A program made the position numbers and the translations under genes. A DNA stretch of 64,000 bases, taken from the human T2T-CHM13v2.0 reference genome, Homo sapiens. Each line of letters starts with the position of its first letter. Position 1 is the first letter of the stretch. The notes below the pieces were generated by a model. It was not told where the DNA came from. It saw only the letters and a list, made by a program, of their open reading frames with translations, and ran no database searches. The stretch is from NCBI RefSeq assembly GCF_009914755.1, contig NC_060948.1; one strand, given 5' to 3'. Below, piece by piece: positions 1 through 13,800 of this stretch.

Positions 1-728
1 AAATTAAATGGACTCGAATGGAATGGAAACGAAAGGAATGTCATCGAATGGAATTGAATCGATTGGAATGAAATCGCATAGAATGGAGTGGAATCAAATG
101 GAATTGAATCGAAAGGAAAGGAAGCGAATGGACTGAAATGAAATGGAATGGAATTGAATGGAAAGTAATGCAATGGAATAGAATGGAACGAAATTTCACG
201 GAATGGAATCAAACTGAATGGAATCAAATCAATGGAATCAAATCAAATGGAATGGAAAGGAATTGAATGGAGTAGATGGGATTGGATGGGATTGGAATGA
301 AATGTACTGGAAAGGACTCGAATTTCATGAAACGGAATGGAATGAATTGGAAAGGAATGGACTCGAATGGAATGGAATGTCATGGGATGGCATCAAATGG
401 AATGGCATCAAATGGAATGGAATCGAATGCAATGGAATGCTATGGAATGGAATGGAATGCATTGGAATGGAATGTCCTCTAATGGAATGGATTCGAGTGG
501 AATGGAATTGAATATAATGGAGTCGAATGAAATGGAATTGAAAGGAATGGGATCGAATACAATGGAATATACTGGAATGTAACGTAATGAACTCGAATGT
601 AATTGACTGGAATGGAATGTACATGAATGGAATGTAATCGAATGGAAAGTAATCCAATGGAATAGAATCTAATGCAATAAAATCGACTCAGATAGAGTAG
701 AATGTAATGGAATGGAGTGCAGTGCAAT

Positions 729-788
729 GGAATGGAATGGAATGGAATGCAATGGAATGGAATGGAATGGAATGGAATGGAATGGAAT
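729..788 (+). repeat. Near-pure (GGAAT)n tract, variable in length between monomers (first copy shown)
   Basis: (GGAAT)4 GCAAT (GGAAT)7 between GTGCAGTGCAAT and GGGAT; 9 to 16 pentamers in other units. Confidence 0.9.
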
Positions 789-1528
789 GGGATGGAATGG
801 TATGGAATGGATAGTAATGGACTGGAGTGAAATGGACTGGAAAGGAATGGACTCAAATTGAAAGGGCTCGAAAGGAATGGAGTCAAATGGAATGGTCTGG
901 AATGGAATGAACACGAATGTAATGCAACCCAATAGAATGGAATCGAATGGCATGGAATATAAAGAAATGGAATCGAAGAGAATGGAAACAAATGGAATGG
1001 AATTGAATGGAATGGAATTGAATGGAATGGGAACGAATGGAGTGAAATTGTATGCAGTAGAAGAGAATAGAATGGAATGCAAGCGAAAGGAAAGGAATGG
1101 ATTGGAATGGAATGGAATTCATTGGAATGGAAGGGAATGTAGTGTAATGGACAGGCCTGGAATAAAGTGGAATGCTACGGTCTCGAATGGAATAAAAATG
1201 TATGGAATGGAATGCAATGAAACGGAATCGAATGTCATAGAATGTAATGGAATGCAAAAAAATGGAATCCAAAATCATTGACTGGAAAGGCTGGGTGTCG
1301 AAAGGAATTGACTCCAATGGAATGGAATCGAATGGAATGGAAGTGAATAGAATCGAACTAAATCGAATGGAATGGAATTGATAGGAACGGAATGGAAAGG
1401 AATGCAATGATTTGGCATGGAATGGAATCGAATGGCATCGAATGGAATGGAATGGAATGCAATGGAATGGAATGTATTAGAATGTAATGAACTTTAATGG
1501 AATGTACTCGAATGGATTCGACTGGAAT

Positions 1529-1543
1529 GGAATGTTCTGGAAG
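1529..1543. promoter_or_regulatory. Perfect heat-shock element motif HSE-1 (GGAATGTTCTGGAAG); recurs ~414 bp after each EcoRI site
   Basis: Exact match to nGAAnnTTCnnGAAn. HSF1 is known to bind Satellite III arrays; binding at this site is inferred. Confidence 0.55.
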
Positions 1544-1808
1544 TGAATGGACTCCAATGGAATGGATTCAAAAGGAATGGAATCGTACGGAATGGAATCT
1601 AATGGAATGGAATTAAATGGAAATGAATCAAATTGAATAGCACGGAATTGAATTGAATGGAATGGAATGCAATGGAATCTAATGAAACGGAAAGGAAAGG
1701 AATGGAATGGAATGGAATGGGCTGGAATGGAAAGGAATCGAAACGAATGGAATGGAATCGAACTGAAGAGACTGGAATGGAATGCACTGGAATGGAAGGG
1801 AGTGTAAT

Positions 1809-1823
1809 GGAAGGTTCTCGAAA
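1809..1823. promoter_or_regulatory. Perfect heat-shock element motif HSE-2 (GGAAGGTTCTCGAAA), polymorphic between monomers
   Basis: Exact nGAAnnTTCnnGAAn match; the TTC>TTG variant removes it in 7 of 18 units. Confidence 0.5.
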
Positions 1824-3760
1824 AAAATGGAATCGAATGGAATGGAATTGAATGGAACGGAATAGAGTCGAATGGAATTGAATGGAATGGAATGGACTAG
1901 AGTGAAATGGAATCGAACCACAAGGAATGGACAGGAATAGAATGGTCTCGAATTGAATGGAATCGTATGGAATGGCATCAAACGGAATGGAATGGACAGC
2001 CACGGAATGGAATGCACTCGAATGCAATGGAGTCGAAACTAACGGACTGGAATAGAATGGACTCGATTGGTACGGACTCCAATGGAATGGAATCGAATGG
2101 AAGGGAATCGAACGGAATGGACTCGAAGGGAAAAGACTGCAATGGAAAGGTCTCGAATGGAATGGAAATTAATGGAATGGAATGGAATCGAATGAAATGG
2201 AGTCAAAAGGAATGGAATCGAATGGCAAGAAATCGAATGTAATGGAATCGCAAGGAATTGATGTGAACGGAACGGAATGGAATGGAATCCAAAGGAATGG
2301 AATAGAATGGAATGGAATCGAATGGAAAGGACTCGAATGGAAATCACTCGAATAGAATGCAATTTAATAAAATAGGATCAAATGTAATAGAATGGAATGG
2401 AAAGGAATCGAAACGGAAGGAATGGAGACAGATGGAATGGAATGGAACAGAGAGCAATGGTATAGAATGGAATGGAATCATCTGGAATGGAATTGAATGG
2501 AATGGAATAATATGAAATGGAATGGAATGGAATGGAATGGAATGCCCTTGAATTAAATGGACTGGACTCGAACAGAGTGGAATGGAAAGTGTTGAGATAG
2601 AATGGAATGGACTCCTTTGGAATGGTCTAGTATGCAATGCAATCGACTGGCAGGGAATCAAAAGGAATGTAATCGAATGGATTGGACTGGAATGCAATGG
2701 ACTCGAATAGATTGGAAACGGAATGCAAAGGAATGGAATGGAATAGTATGGAATGCAATGGAAGGGAATGGAGTGGAATAGACTAGAGTGGAATGGAATG
2801 GACTGGAAAGCAATGGACTGGAATGGAACTTTCTTGGATGGATTGGAATCAAACGGAATGGAATGCAATGCAATCAAATGGCATGGAATAAAATAGAATG
2901 AAAGAGAATCAAATGGAATTGAATCGAATGGAATCGAATGGATTGGAAAGGAATAGAATGGAATGGAATGGAATTGACTCAAATGGAATGGACTAGAATG
3001 GAATGGATTCGAATGGAATGGAATGTCATGGAATGGCATCAAATGGAATGGCATCAAATGGAATGGAATCGAATGCAATGGAATGCTATGGAATGGAATG
3101 GAATGCATTGGAATGGAATGTCCTCTAATGGAATGGATTCGAGTGGAATGGAATTGAATATAATGGAGTCGAATGAAATGGAATTGAAAGGAATGGGATC
3201 GAATACAATGGAATATACTGGAATGTAACGTAATGAACTCGAATGTAATTGACTGGAATGGAATGTACATGAATGGAATGTAATCGAATGGAAAGTAATC
3301 CAATGGAATAGAATCTAATGCAATAAAATCGACTCAGATAGAGTAGAATGTAATGGAATGGAGTGCAGTGCAATGGAATGGAATGGAATGGAATGCAATG
3401 GAATGGAATGGAATGGAATGGAATGGAATGGAATGGGATGGAATGGTATGGAATGGATAGTAATGGACTGGAGTGAAATGGACTGGAAAGGAATGGACTC
3501 AAATTGAAAGGGCTCGAAAGGAATGGAGTCAAATGGAATGGTCTGGAATGGAATGAACACGAATGTAATGCAATCCAATAGAATGGAATCGAATGGCATG
3601 GAATATAAAGAAATGGAATCGAAGAGAATGGAAACAAATGGAATGGAATTGAATGGAATGGAATTGAATGGAATGGGAACGAATGGAGTGAAATTGTATG
3701 CAGTAGAAGAGAATAGAATGGAATGCAAGCGAAAGGAAAGGAATGGATTGGAATGGAATG

Positions 3761-6700
3761 GAATTCATTGGAATGGAAGGGAATGTAGTGTAATGGACAG
3801 GCCTGGAATAAAGTGGAATGCTACGGTCTCGAATGGAATAAAAATGTATGGAATGGAATGCAATGAAACGGAATCGAATGTCATAGAATGTAATGGAATG
3901 CAAAAAAATGGAATCCAAAATCATTGAATGGAAAGGCTGGGTGTCGAAAGGAATTGACTCCAATGGAATGGAATCGAATGGAATGGAAGTGAATAGAATC
4001 GAACTAAATCGTATGGAATGGAATTGATAGGAACGGAATGGAAAGGAATGCAATGATTTGGCATGGAATGGAATCGAATGGCATCGAATGGAATGGAATG
4101 GAATGCAATGGAATGGAATGTATTAGAATGGAATGAACTTTAATGGAATGTACTCGAATGGATTCGACTGGAATGGAATGTTCTGGAAGTGAATGGACTC
4201 CAATGGAATGGATTCAAAAGGAATGGAATCCTACGGAATGGAATCTAATGGAATGGAATTAAATGGAAATGAATCAAATTGAATAGCACGGAATTGAATT
4301 GAATGGAATGGAATGCAATGGAATCTAATGAAACGGAAAGGAAAGGAATGGAATGGAATGGAATGGGCTGGAATGGAAAGGAATCGAAACGAATGGAATG
4401 GAATCGAACTGAAGAGACTGGAATGGAATGCACTGGAATGGAAGGGAGTGTAATGGAAGGTTGTCGAAAAAAATGGAATCGAATGGAATAGAATTGAATG
4501 GAACCGAATAGAGTCGAATGGAATTGAATGGAATGGAATGGACTAGAGTGAAATGGAATCGAACCACAAGGAATGGACAGGAATAGAATGGTCTCGAATT
4601 GAATGGAATCGTATGGAATGGCATCAAACGGAATGGAATGGACAGCCACGGAATGGAATGCACTCGAATGCAATGGAGTCGAAACAAATGGACTGGAATA
4701 GAATGGACTCGACTGGTACGGACTCCAATGGAATGGAATCGAATGGAAGGGAATCGAACGGAAGGGAATCGAACGGAATGGACTCGAAGGGAAAAGACTG
4801 CAATGGAAAGGTCTCGAATGGAATGGAAATTAATGGAATGGAATGGAATCGAATGAAATGGAGTCAAAAGGAATGGAATCGAATGGCAAGAAATCGAATG
4901 TAATGGAATCGCCAGGAATTGATGTGAACGGAACGGAATGGAATGGAATCCAAAGGAATGGAATAGAATGGAATGGAATCGAATGGAAAGGACTCGAATG
5001 GAAATCACTCGAATAGAATGCAATTTAATAAAATAGGATCAAATGTAATGGAATGGAATGGAAAGGAATCGAAACGAAAGGAATGGAGACAGATGGAATG
5101 GAATGGAACAGAGAGCAATGGTATAGAATGGAATGGAATCATCTGGAATGGAATTGAATGGAATGGAATAATATGAAATGGAATGGAATGGAATGGAATG
5201 GAATGCCCTTGAATTAAATGGACTGGAATGGAATGGACTCAAACAGAGTGGAATGGAAAGTGTGGAGATAGAATGGAATGAACTCCTTTGGAATGGTGTA
5301 GTATGCAATGCAATCGACTGGCAGGGAATCAAAAGGAATGTAATCGAATGGATTGGACTGGAATGCAATGGACTCGAATAGATTGGAAACGGAATGCAAA
5401 GGAATGGAATGGAATAGTATGGAATGCAATGGAAGGGAATGGAGTGGAATAGACTAGAGTGGAATGGAATGGACTGGAAAGCAATGGACTGAAATGGAAC
5501 TTTCTTGGATGGACTGGAATCAAACGGAATGGAATGCAATGCAATCAAATGGCATGGAATAAAATAGAATGAAAGAGAATCAAATGGAATTGAATCGAAT
5601 GGAATCGAATGGATTGGAAATGAATAGAATGGAATGGAATGGAATTGACTCAAATGGAATGGACTAGAATGGAATGGATTCGAATGGAAGGCAAAGGAAT
5701 GGAATCTATTGGAATGGACTGTAATGGAATGGAATGGAAGGGATTGGAATGGACTCGAATGGAATGGACTGCAATAGAAAGGATTCGAATGGAATGAAAA
5801 AGAATTGAATGGAATAGAACAGAATGGAATCAAATCGAATGAAATGGAATGGAATAGAAAGGAATGGAATGAAATGGAATGGAAAGGATTCGAATGGAAT
5901 GCAATCGAATGGAATGGAATCGAACGGAATGGAATAAAATGGAAGAAAACTGGCAAGAAATGGAATCGAAATGAATGGAGTGTTATGGAACGGACTCAAA
6001 AGGAATTGAATGTAATAGAATGGAGTGGAGTGGACTCGAATATAATGGACTGGAATGGAATGAAATCACATGGAATGGGAACGAATGGAATGGAATGGAA
6101 AGGAATGGAATCGAATGGAAAGGAATCGAATGGAAGGGAATGAAATTGAATCAACACGAATGGAAGGGAATAGAATAGACTGTAATGGAATGGACTCGAA
6201 TAGAATGGACACGAATGCTCAAATTAAATGGACTCGAATGGAATGGAAACGAAAGGAATGTCATCGAATGGAATTGAATCGATTGGAATGACATCGCATA
6301 GAATGGAGTGGAATCAAATGGAATTGAATCGAAAGGAAAGGAAGCGAATGGACTGAAATGAAATGGAATGGAATTGAATGGAAAGTAATGCAATGGAATA
6401 GAATGGAACGAAATTTCACGGAATGGAATCAAACTGAATGGAATCAAATCAATGGAATCAAATCAAATGGAATGGAAAGGAATTGAATGGAGTAGATGGG
6501 ATTGGATGGGATTGGAATGAAATGTACTGGAAAGGACTCGAATTTCATGAAACGGAATGGAATGAATTGGAACGGAATGGACTCGAATGGAATGGAATGT
6601 CATGGGATGGCATCAAATGGAATGGCATCAAATGGAATGGAATCGAATGCAGTGGAATGCTATGGAATGGAATGGAATGCATTGGAATGGAATGTCCTCT

Positions 6701-9700
6701 AATGGAATGGATTCGAGTGGAATGGAATTGAATATAATGGAGTCGAATGAAATGGAATTGAAAGGAATGGGATCGAATACAATGGAATATACTGGAATGT
6801 AACGTAATGAACTCGAATGTAATTGACTGGAATGGAATGTACATGAATGGAATGTAATCGAATGGAAAGTAATCCAATGGAATAGAATCTAATGCAATAA
6901 AATCGACTCAGATAGAGTAGAATGTAATGGAATGGAGTGCAGTGCAATGGAATGGAATGGAATGGAATGCAATGGAATGGAATGGAATGGAATGGAATGG
7001 AATGGAATGGAATGGGATGGAATGGTATGGAATGGATAGTAATAGACTGGAGTGAAATGGACTGGAAAGGAATGGACTCAAATTGAAAGGGCTCGAAAGG
7101 AATGGAGTCAAATGGAATGGTCTGGAATGGAATGAACACGAATGTAATGCAACCCAATAGAATGGAATCGAATGGCATGGAATATAAAGAAATGGAATCG
7201 AAGAGAATGGAAACAAATGGAATGGAATTGAATGGAATGGAATTGAATGGAATGGGAACGAATGGAGTGAAATTGTATGCAGTAGAAGAGAATAGAATGG
7301 AATGCAAGCGAAAGGAAAGGAATGGATTGGAATGGAATGGAATTCATTGGAATGGAAGGGAATGTAGTGTAATGGACAGGCCTGGAATAAAGTGGAATGC
7401 TACGGTCTCGAATGGAATAAAAATGTATGGAATGGAATGCAATGAAACGGAATCGAATGTCATAGAATGTAATGGAATGCAAAAAAATGGAATCCAAAAT
7501 CATTGACTGGAAAGGCTGGGTGTCGAAAGGAATTGACTCCAATGGAATGGAATCGAATGGAATGGAAGTGAATAGAATCGAACTAAATCGAATGGAATGG
7601 AATTGATAGGAACGGAATGGAAAGGAATGCAATGATTTGGCATGGAATGGAATCGAATGGCATCGAATGGAATGGAATGGAATGCAATGGAATGGAATGT
7701 ATTAGAATGTAATGAACTTTAATGGAATGTACTCGAATGGATTCGACTGGAATGGAATGTTCTGGAAGTGAATGGACTCCAATGGAATGGATTCAAAAGG
7801 AATGGAATCGTACGGAATGGAATCTAATGGAATGGAATTAAATGGAAATGAATCAAATTGAATAGCACGGAATTGAATTGAATGGAATGGAATGCAATGG
7901 AATCTAATGAAACGGAAAGGAAAGGAATGGAATGGAATGGAATGGGCTGGAATGGAAAGGAATCGAAACGAATGGAATGGAATCGAACTGAAGAGACTGG
8001 AATGGAATGCACTGGAATGGAAGGGAGTGTAATGGAAGGTTCTCGAAAAAAATGGAATCGAATGGAATGGAATTGAATGGAACGGAATAGAGTCGAATGG
8101 AATTGAATGGAATGGAATGGACTAGAGTGAAATGGAATCGAACCACAAGGAATGGACAGGAATAGAATGGTCTCGAATTGAATGGAATCGTATGGAATGG
8201 CATCAAACGGAATGGAATGGACAGCCACGGAATGGAATGCACTCGAATGCAATGGAGTCGAAACTAATGGACTGGAATAGAATGGACTCGACTGGTACGG
8301 ACTCCAATGGAATGGAATCGAATGGAAGGGAATCGAACGGAAGGGAATCGAACGGAATGGACTCGAAGGGAAAAGACTGCAATGGAAAGGTCTCGAATGG
8401 AATGGAAATTAATGGAATGGAATGGAATCGAATGAAATGGAGTCAAAAGGAATGGAATCGAATGGCAAGAAATCGAATGTAATGGAATCGCCAGGAATTG
8501 ATGTGAACGGAACGGAATGGAATGGAATCCAAAGGAATGGAATAGAATGGAATGGAATCGAATGGAAAGGACTCGAATGGAAATCACTCGAATAGAATGC
8601 AATTTAATAAAATAGGATCAAATGTAATGGAATGGAATGGAAAGGAATCGAAACGAAAGGAATGGAGACAGATGGAATGGAATGGAACAGAGAGCAATGG
8701 TATAGAATGGAATGGAATCATCTGGAATGGAATTGAATGGAATGGAATAATATGAAATGGAATGGAATGGAATGGAATGGAATGCCCTTGAATTAAATGG
8801 ACTGGAATGGAATGGACTCAAACAGAGTGGAATGGAAAGTGTGGAGATAGAATGGAATGAACTCCTTTGGAATGGTGTAGTATGCAATGCAATCGACTGG
8901 CAGGGAATCAAAAGGAATGTAATCGAATGGATTGGACTGGAATGCAATGGACTCGAATAGATTGGAAACGGAATGCAAAGGAATGGAATGGAATAGTATG
9001 GAATGCAATGGAAGGGAATGGAGTGGAATAGACTAGAGTGGAATGGAATGGACTGGAAAGCAATGGACTGAAATGGAACTTTCCTGAATGGACTGGAATC
9101 AAACGGAATGGAATGCAATGCAATCAAATGGCATGGAATAAAATAGAATGAAAGAGAATCAAATGGAATTGAATCGAATGGAATCGAATGGATTGGAAAG
9201 GAATAGAATGGAATGGAATGGAATTGACTCAAATGGAATGGACTAGAATGGAATGGATTCGAATGGAAGGCAAAGGAATGGAATCTATTGGAATGGACTG
9301 TAATGGAATGGAATGGAAGGGATTGGAATGGACTCGAATGGAATGGACTGCAATAGAAAGGATTCGAATGGAATGAAAAAGAATTGAATGGAATAGAACA
9401 GAATGGAATCAAATCGAATGAAATGGAATGGAATAGAAAGGAATGGAATGAAATGGAATGGAAAGGATTCGAATGGAATGCAATCGAATGGAATGGAATC
9501 GAACGGAATGGAATAAAATGGAAGAAAACTGGCAAGAAATGGAATCGAAATGAATGGAGTGTTATGGAACGGACTCAAAAGGAATTGAATGTAATAGAAT
9601 GGAGTGGAGTGGACTCGAATATAATGGACTGGAATGGAATGAAATCACATGGAATGGGAACGAATGGAATGGAATGGAAAGGAATGGAATCGAATGGAAA

Positions 9701-10883
9701 GGAATCGAATGGAAGGGAATGAAATTGAATCAACAGGAATGGAAGGGAATAGAATAGACGGTAATGGAATGGACTCGAATAGAATGGACACGAATGCTCA
9801 AATTAAATGGACTCGAATGGAATGGAAACGAAAGGAATGTCATCGAATGGAATTGAATCGATTGGAATGAAATCGCATAGAATGGAGTGGAATCAAATGG
9901 AATTGAATCGAAAGGAAAGGAAGCGAATGGACTGAAATGAAATGGAATGGAATTGAATGGAAAGTAATGCAATGGAATAGAATGGAACGAAATTTCACGG
10001 AATGGAATCAAACTGAATGGAATCAAATCAATGGAATCAAATCAAATGGAATGGAAAGGAATTGAATGGAGTAGATGGGATTGGATGGGATTGGAATGAA
10101 ATGTACTGGAAAGGACTCGAATTTCATGAAACGGAATGGAATGAATTGGAACGGAATGGACTCGAATGGAATGGAATGTCATGGGATGGCATCAAACGGA
10201 ATGGCATCAAATGGAATGGAATCGAATGCAATGGAATGCTATGGAATGGAATGGAATGCATTGGAATGGAATGTCCTCTAATGGAATGGATTCGAGTGGA
10301 ATGGAATTGAATATAATGGAGTCGAATGAAATGGAATTGAAAGGAATGGGATCGAATACAATGGAATATACTGGAATGTAACGTAATGAACTCGAATGTA
10401 ATTGACTGGAATGGAATGTACATGAATGGAATGTAATCGAATGGAAAGTAATCCAATGGAATAGAATCTAATGCAATAAAATCGACTCAGATAGAGTAGA
10501 ATGTAATGGAATGGAGTGCAGTGCAATGGAATGGAATGGAATAGAATGCAATGGAATGGAATGGAATGGAATGGGATGGAATGGTATGGAATGGATAGTA
10601 ATGGACTGGAGTGAAATGGACTGGAAAGGAATGGACTCAAATTGAAAGGGCACGAAAGGAATGGAGTCAAATGGAATGGTCTGGAATGGAATGAACACGA
10701 ATGTAATGCAACCCAATAGAATGGAATCGAATGGCATGGAATATAAAGAAATGGAATCGAAGAGAATGGAAACAAATGGAATGGAATTGAATGGAATGGG
10801 AACGAATGGAGTGAAATTGTATGCAGTAGAAGTGAATAGAATGGAATGCAAGCGAAAGGAAAGGAATGGATTGGAATGGAATG
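3761..10883 (+). repeat. Two monomers (3579 + 3544 bp); diverged first copy of the dimer
   Basis: EcoRI at 3761, 7340, 10884. Shares A-type markers GGAAATGAATAG (~5616) and AATAGACTGG (~7041), and B-type markers CATCAAACGG (~10190) and GGGCACG (~10648), with later dimers. Confidence 0.8.
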
Positions 10884-13800
10884 GAATTCATTGGAATGGA
10901 AGGGAATGTAGTGTAATGGACAGGCCTGGAATAAAGTGGAATGCTACGGTCTCGAATGGAATAAAAATGTATGGAATGGAATGCAATGAAACGGAATCGA
11001 ATGTCATAGAATGTAATGGAATGCAAAAAAATGGAATCCAAAATCATTGACTGGAAAGGCTGGGTGTCGAAAGGAATTGACTCCAATGGAATGGAATCGA
11101 ATGGAATGGAAGTGAATAGAATCGAACTAAATCGAATGGAATGGAATTGATAGGAACGGAATGGAAAGGAATGCAATGATTTGGCATGGAATGGAATCGA
11201 ATGGCATCGAATGGAATGGAATGGAATGCAATGGAATGGAATGTATTAGAATGGAATGAACTTTAATGGAATGTACTCGAATGGATTCGACTGGAATGGA
11301 ATGTTCTGGAAGTGAATGGACTCCAATGGAATGGATTCAAAAGGAATGGAATCGTACGGAATGGAATCTAATGGAATGGAATTAAATGGAAATGAATCAA
11401 ATTGAATAGCACGGAATTGAATTGAATGGAATGGAATGCAATGGAATCTAATGAAACGGAAAGGAAAGGAATGGAATGGAATGGAATGGGCTGGAATGGA
11501 AAGGAATCGAAACGAATGGAATGGAATCGAACTGAAGAGACTGGAATGGAATGCACTGGAATGGAAGGGAGTGTAATGGAAGGTTGTCGAAAAAAATGGA
11601 ATCGAATGGAATGGAATTGAATGGAACGGAATAGAGTCGAATGGAATTGAATGGAATGGAATGGACTAGAGTGAAATGGAATCGAACCACAAGGAATGGA
11701 CAGGAATAGAATGGTCTCGAATTGAATGGAATCGTATGGAATGGCATCAAACGGAATGGAATGGACAGCCACGGAATGGAATGCACTCGAATGCAATGGA
11801 GTCGAAACTAATGGACTGGAATAGAATGGACTCGACTGGTACGGACTCCAATGGAATGGAATCGAATGGAAGGGAATCGAACGGAAGGGAATCGAACGGA
11901 ATGGACTCGAAGGGAAAAGACTGCAATGGAAAGGTCTCGAATGGAATGGAAATTAATGGAATGGAATGGAATCGAATGAAATGGAGTCAAAAGGAATGGA
12001 ATCGAATGGCAAGAAATCTAATGTAATGGAATCGCCAGGAATTGATGTGAACGGAACGGAATGGAATGGAATCCAAAGGAATGGAATAGAATGGAATGGA
12101 ATCGAATGGAAAGGACTCCAATGGAAATCACTCGAATAGAATGCAATTTAATAAAATAGGATCAAATGTAATGGAATGGAATGGAAAGGAATCGAAACGA
12201 AAGGAATGGAGACAGATGGAATGGAATGGAACAGAGAGCAATGGTATAGAATGGAATGGAATCATCTGGAATGGAATTGAATGGAATGGAATAATATGAA
12301 ATGGAATGGAATGGAATGGAGTGGAATGCCCTTGAATTAAATGGACTGGAATGGAATGGACTCAAACAGAGTGGAATGGAAAGTGTGGAGATAGAATGGA
12401 ATGAACTCCTTTGGAATGGTGTAGTATGCAATGCAATCGACTGGCAGGGAATCAAAAGAAATGTAATCGAATGGATTGGACTGGAATGCAATGGACTCGA
12501 ATAGATTGGAAACGGAATGCAAAGGAATGGAATGGAATAGTATGGAATGCAATGGAAGGGAATGGAGTGGAATAGACTAGAGTGGAATGGAATGGACTGG
12601 AAAGCAATGGACTGGAATGGAACTTTCTTGGATGGACTGGAATCAAACGGAATGGAATGCAATGCAATCAAATGGCATGGAATAAAATAGAATGAAAGAG
12701 AATCAAATGGAATTGAATCGAATGGAATCGAATGGATTGGAAATGAATAGAATGGAATGGAATGGAATGGACTCAAATGGAATGGACTAGAATGGAATGG
12801 ATTCGAATGGAAGGCAAAGGAATGGAATCTATTGGAATGGACTGTAATGGAATGGAATGGAAGGGATTGGAATGGACTCGAATGGAATGGACTGCAATAG
12901 AAAGGATTCGAATGGAATGAAAAAGAATTGAATGGAATAGAACAGAATGGAATCAAATCGAATGAAATGGAATGGAATAGAAAGGAATGGAATGAAATGG
13001 AATGGAAAGGATTCGAATGGAATGCAATCGAATGGAATGGAATCGAACGGAATGGAATAAAATGGAAGAAAACTGGCAAGAAATGGAATCGAAATGAATG
13101 GAGTGTTATGGAACGGACTCAAACGGAATTGAATGTAATAGAATGGAGTGGAGTGGACTCGAATATAATGGACTGGAATGGAATGAAATCACATGGAATG
13201 GGAACGAATGGAATGGAATGGAAAGGAATGGAATCGAATGGAAAGGAATCGAATGGAAGGGAATGAAATTGAATCAACAGGAATGGAAGGGAATAGAATA
13301 GACTGTAATGGAATGGACTCGAATAGAATGGACACGAATGCTCAAATTAAATGGACTCGAATGGAATGGAAACGAAAGGAATGTCATCGAATGGAATTGA
13401 ATCGATTGGAATGAAATCGCATAGAATGGAGTGGAATCAAATGGAATTGAATCGAAAGGAAAGGAAGCGAATGGACTGAAATGAAATGGAATGGAATTGT
13501 ATGGAAAGTAATGCAATGGAATAGAATGGAACGAAATTTCACGGAATGGAATCAAACTGAATGGAATCAAATCAATGGAATCAAATCAAATGGAATGGAA
13601 AGGAATTGAATGGAGTAGATGGGATTGGATGGGATTGGAATGAAATGTACTGGAAAGGACTCGAATTTCATGAAACGGAATGGAATGAATTGGAACGGAA
13701 TGGACTCGAATGGAATGGAATGTCATGGGATGGCATCAAATGGAATGGCATCAAATGGAATGGAATCGAATGCAATGGAATGCTGTGGAATGGAATGGAA

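Larger units (their letters stand above)
1115..3760 (+). repeat. Truncated monomer (2646 bp) with 903-bp internal deletion
   Basis: EcoRI-to-EcoRI 2646 = 3574 - 903 - 15 - 10. Junction ...GGATTCGAATGGAATGGAATGTCATG at ~3009-3018. Confidence 0.92.

Noticed and set aside
676-2892. Several AATAAA hexamers per unit as polyadenylation signals
   Set aside because: They are expected from GG>AA drift in AAT-GGA pentamers. I see no GU-rich downstream element, and the sequence alone gives no transcript evidence.
2344-3303. Longest ORF (319 aa, - strand), spanning the deletion junction and repeated at 40650-41609
   Set aside because: A chance in-frame fusion of low-complexity frames created by the deletion; no coding signal.
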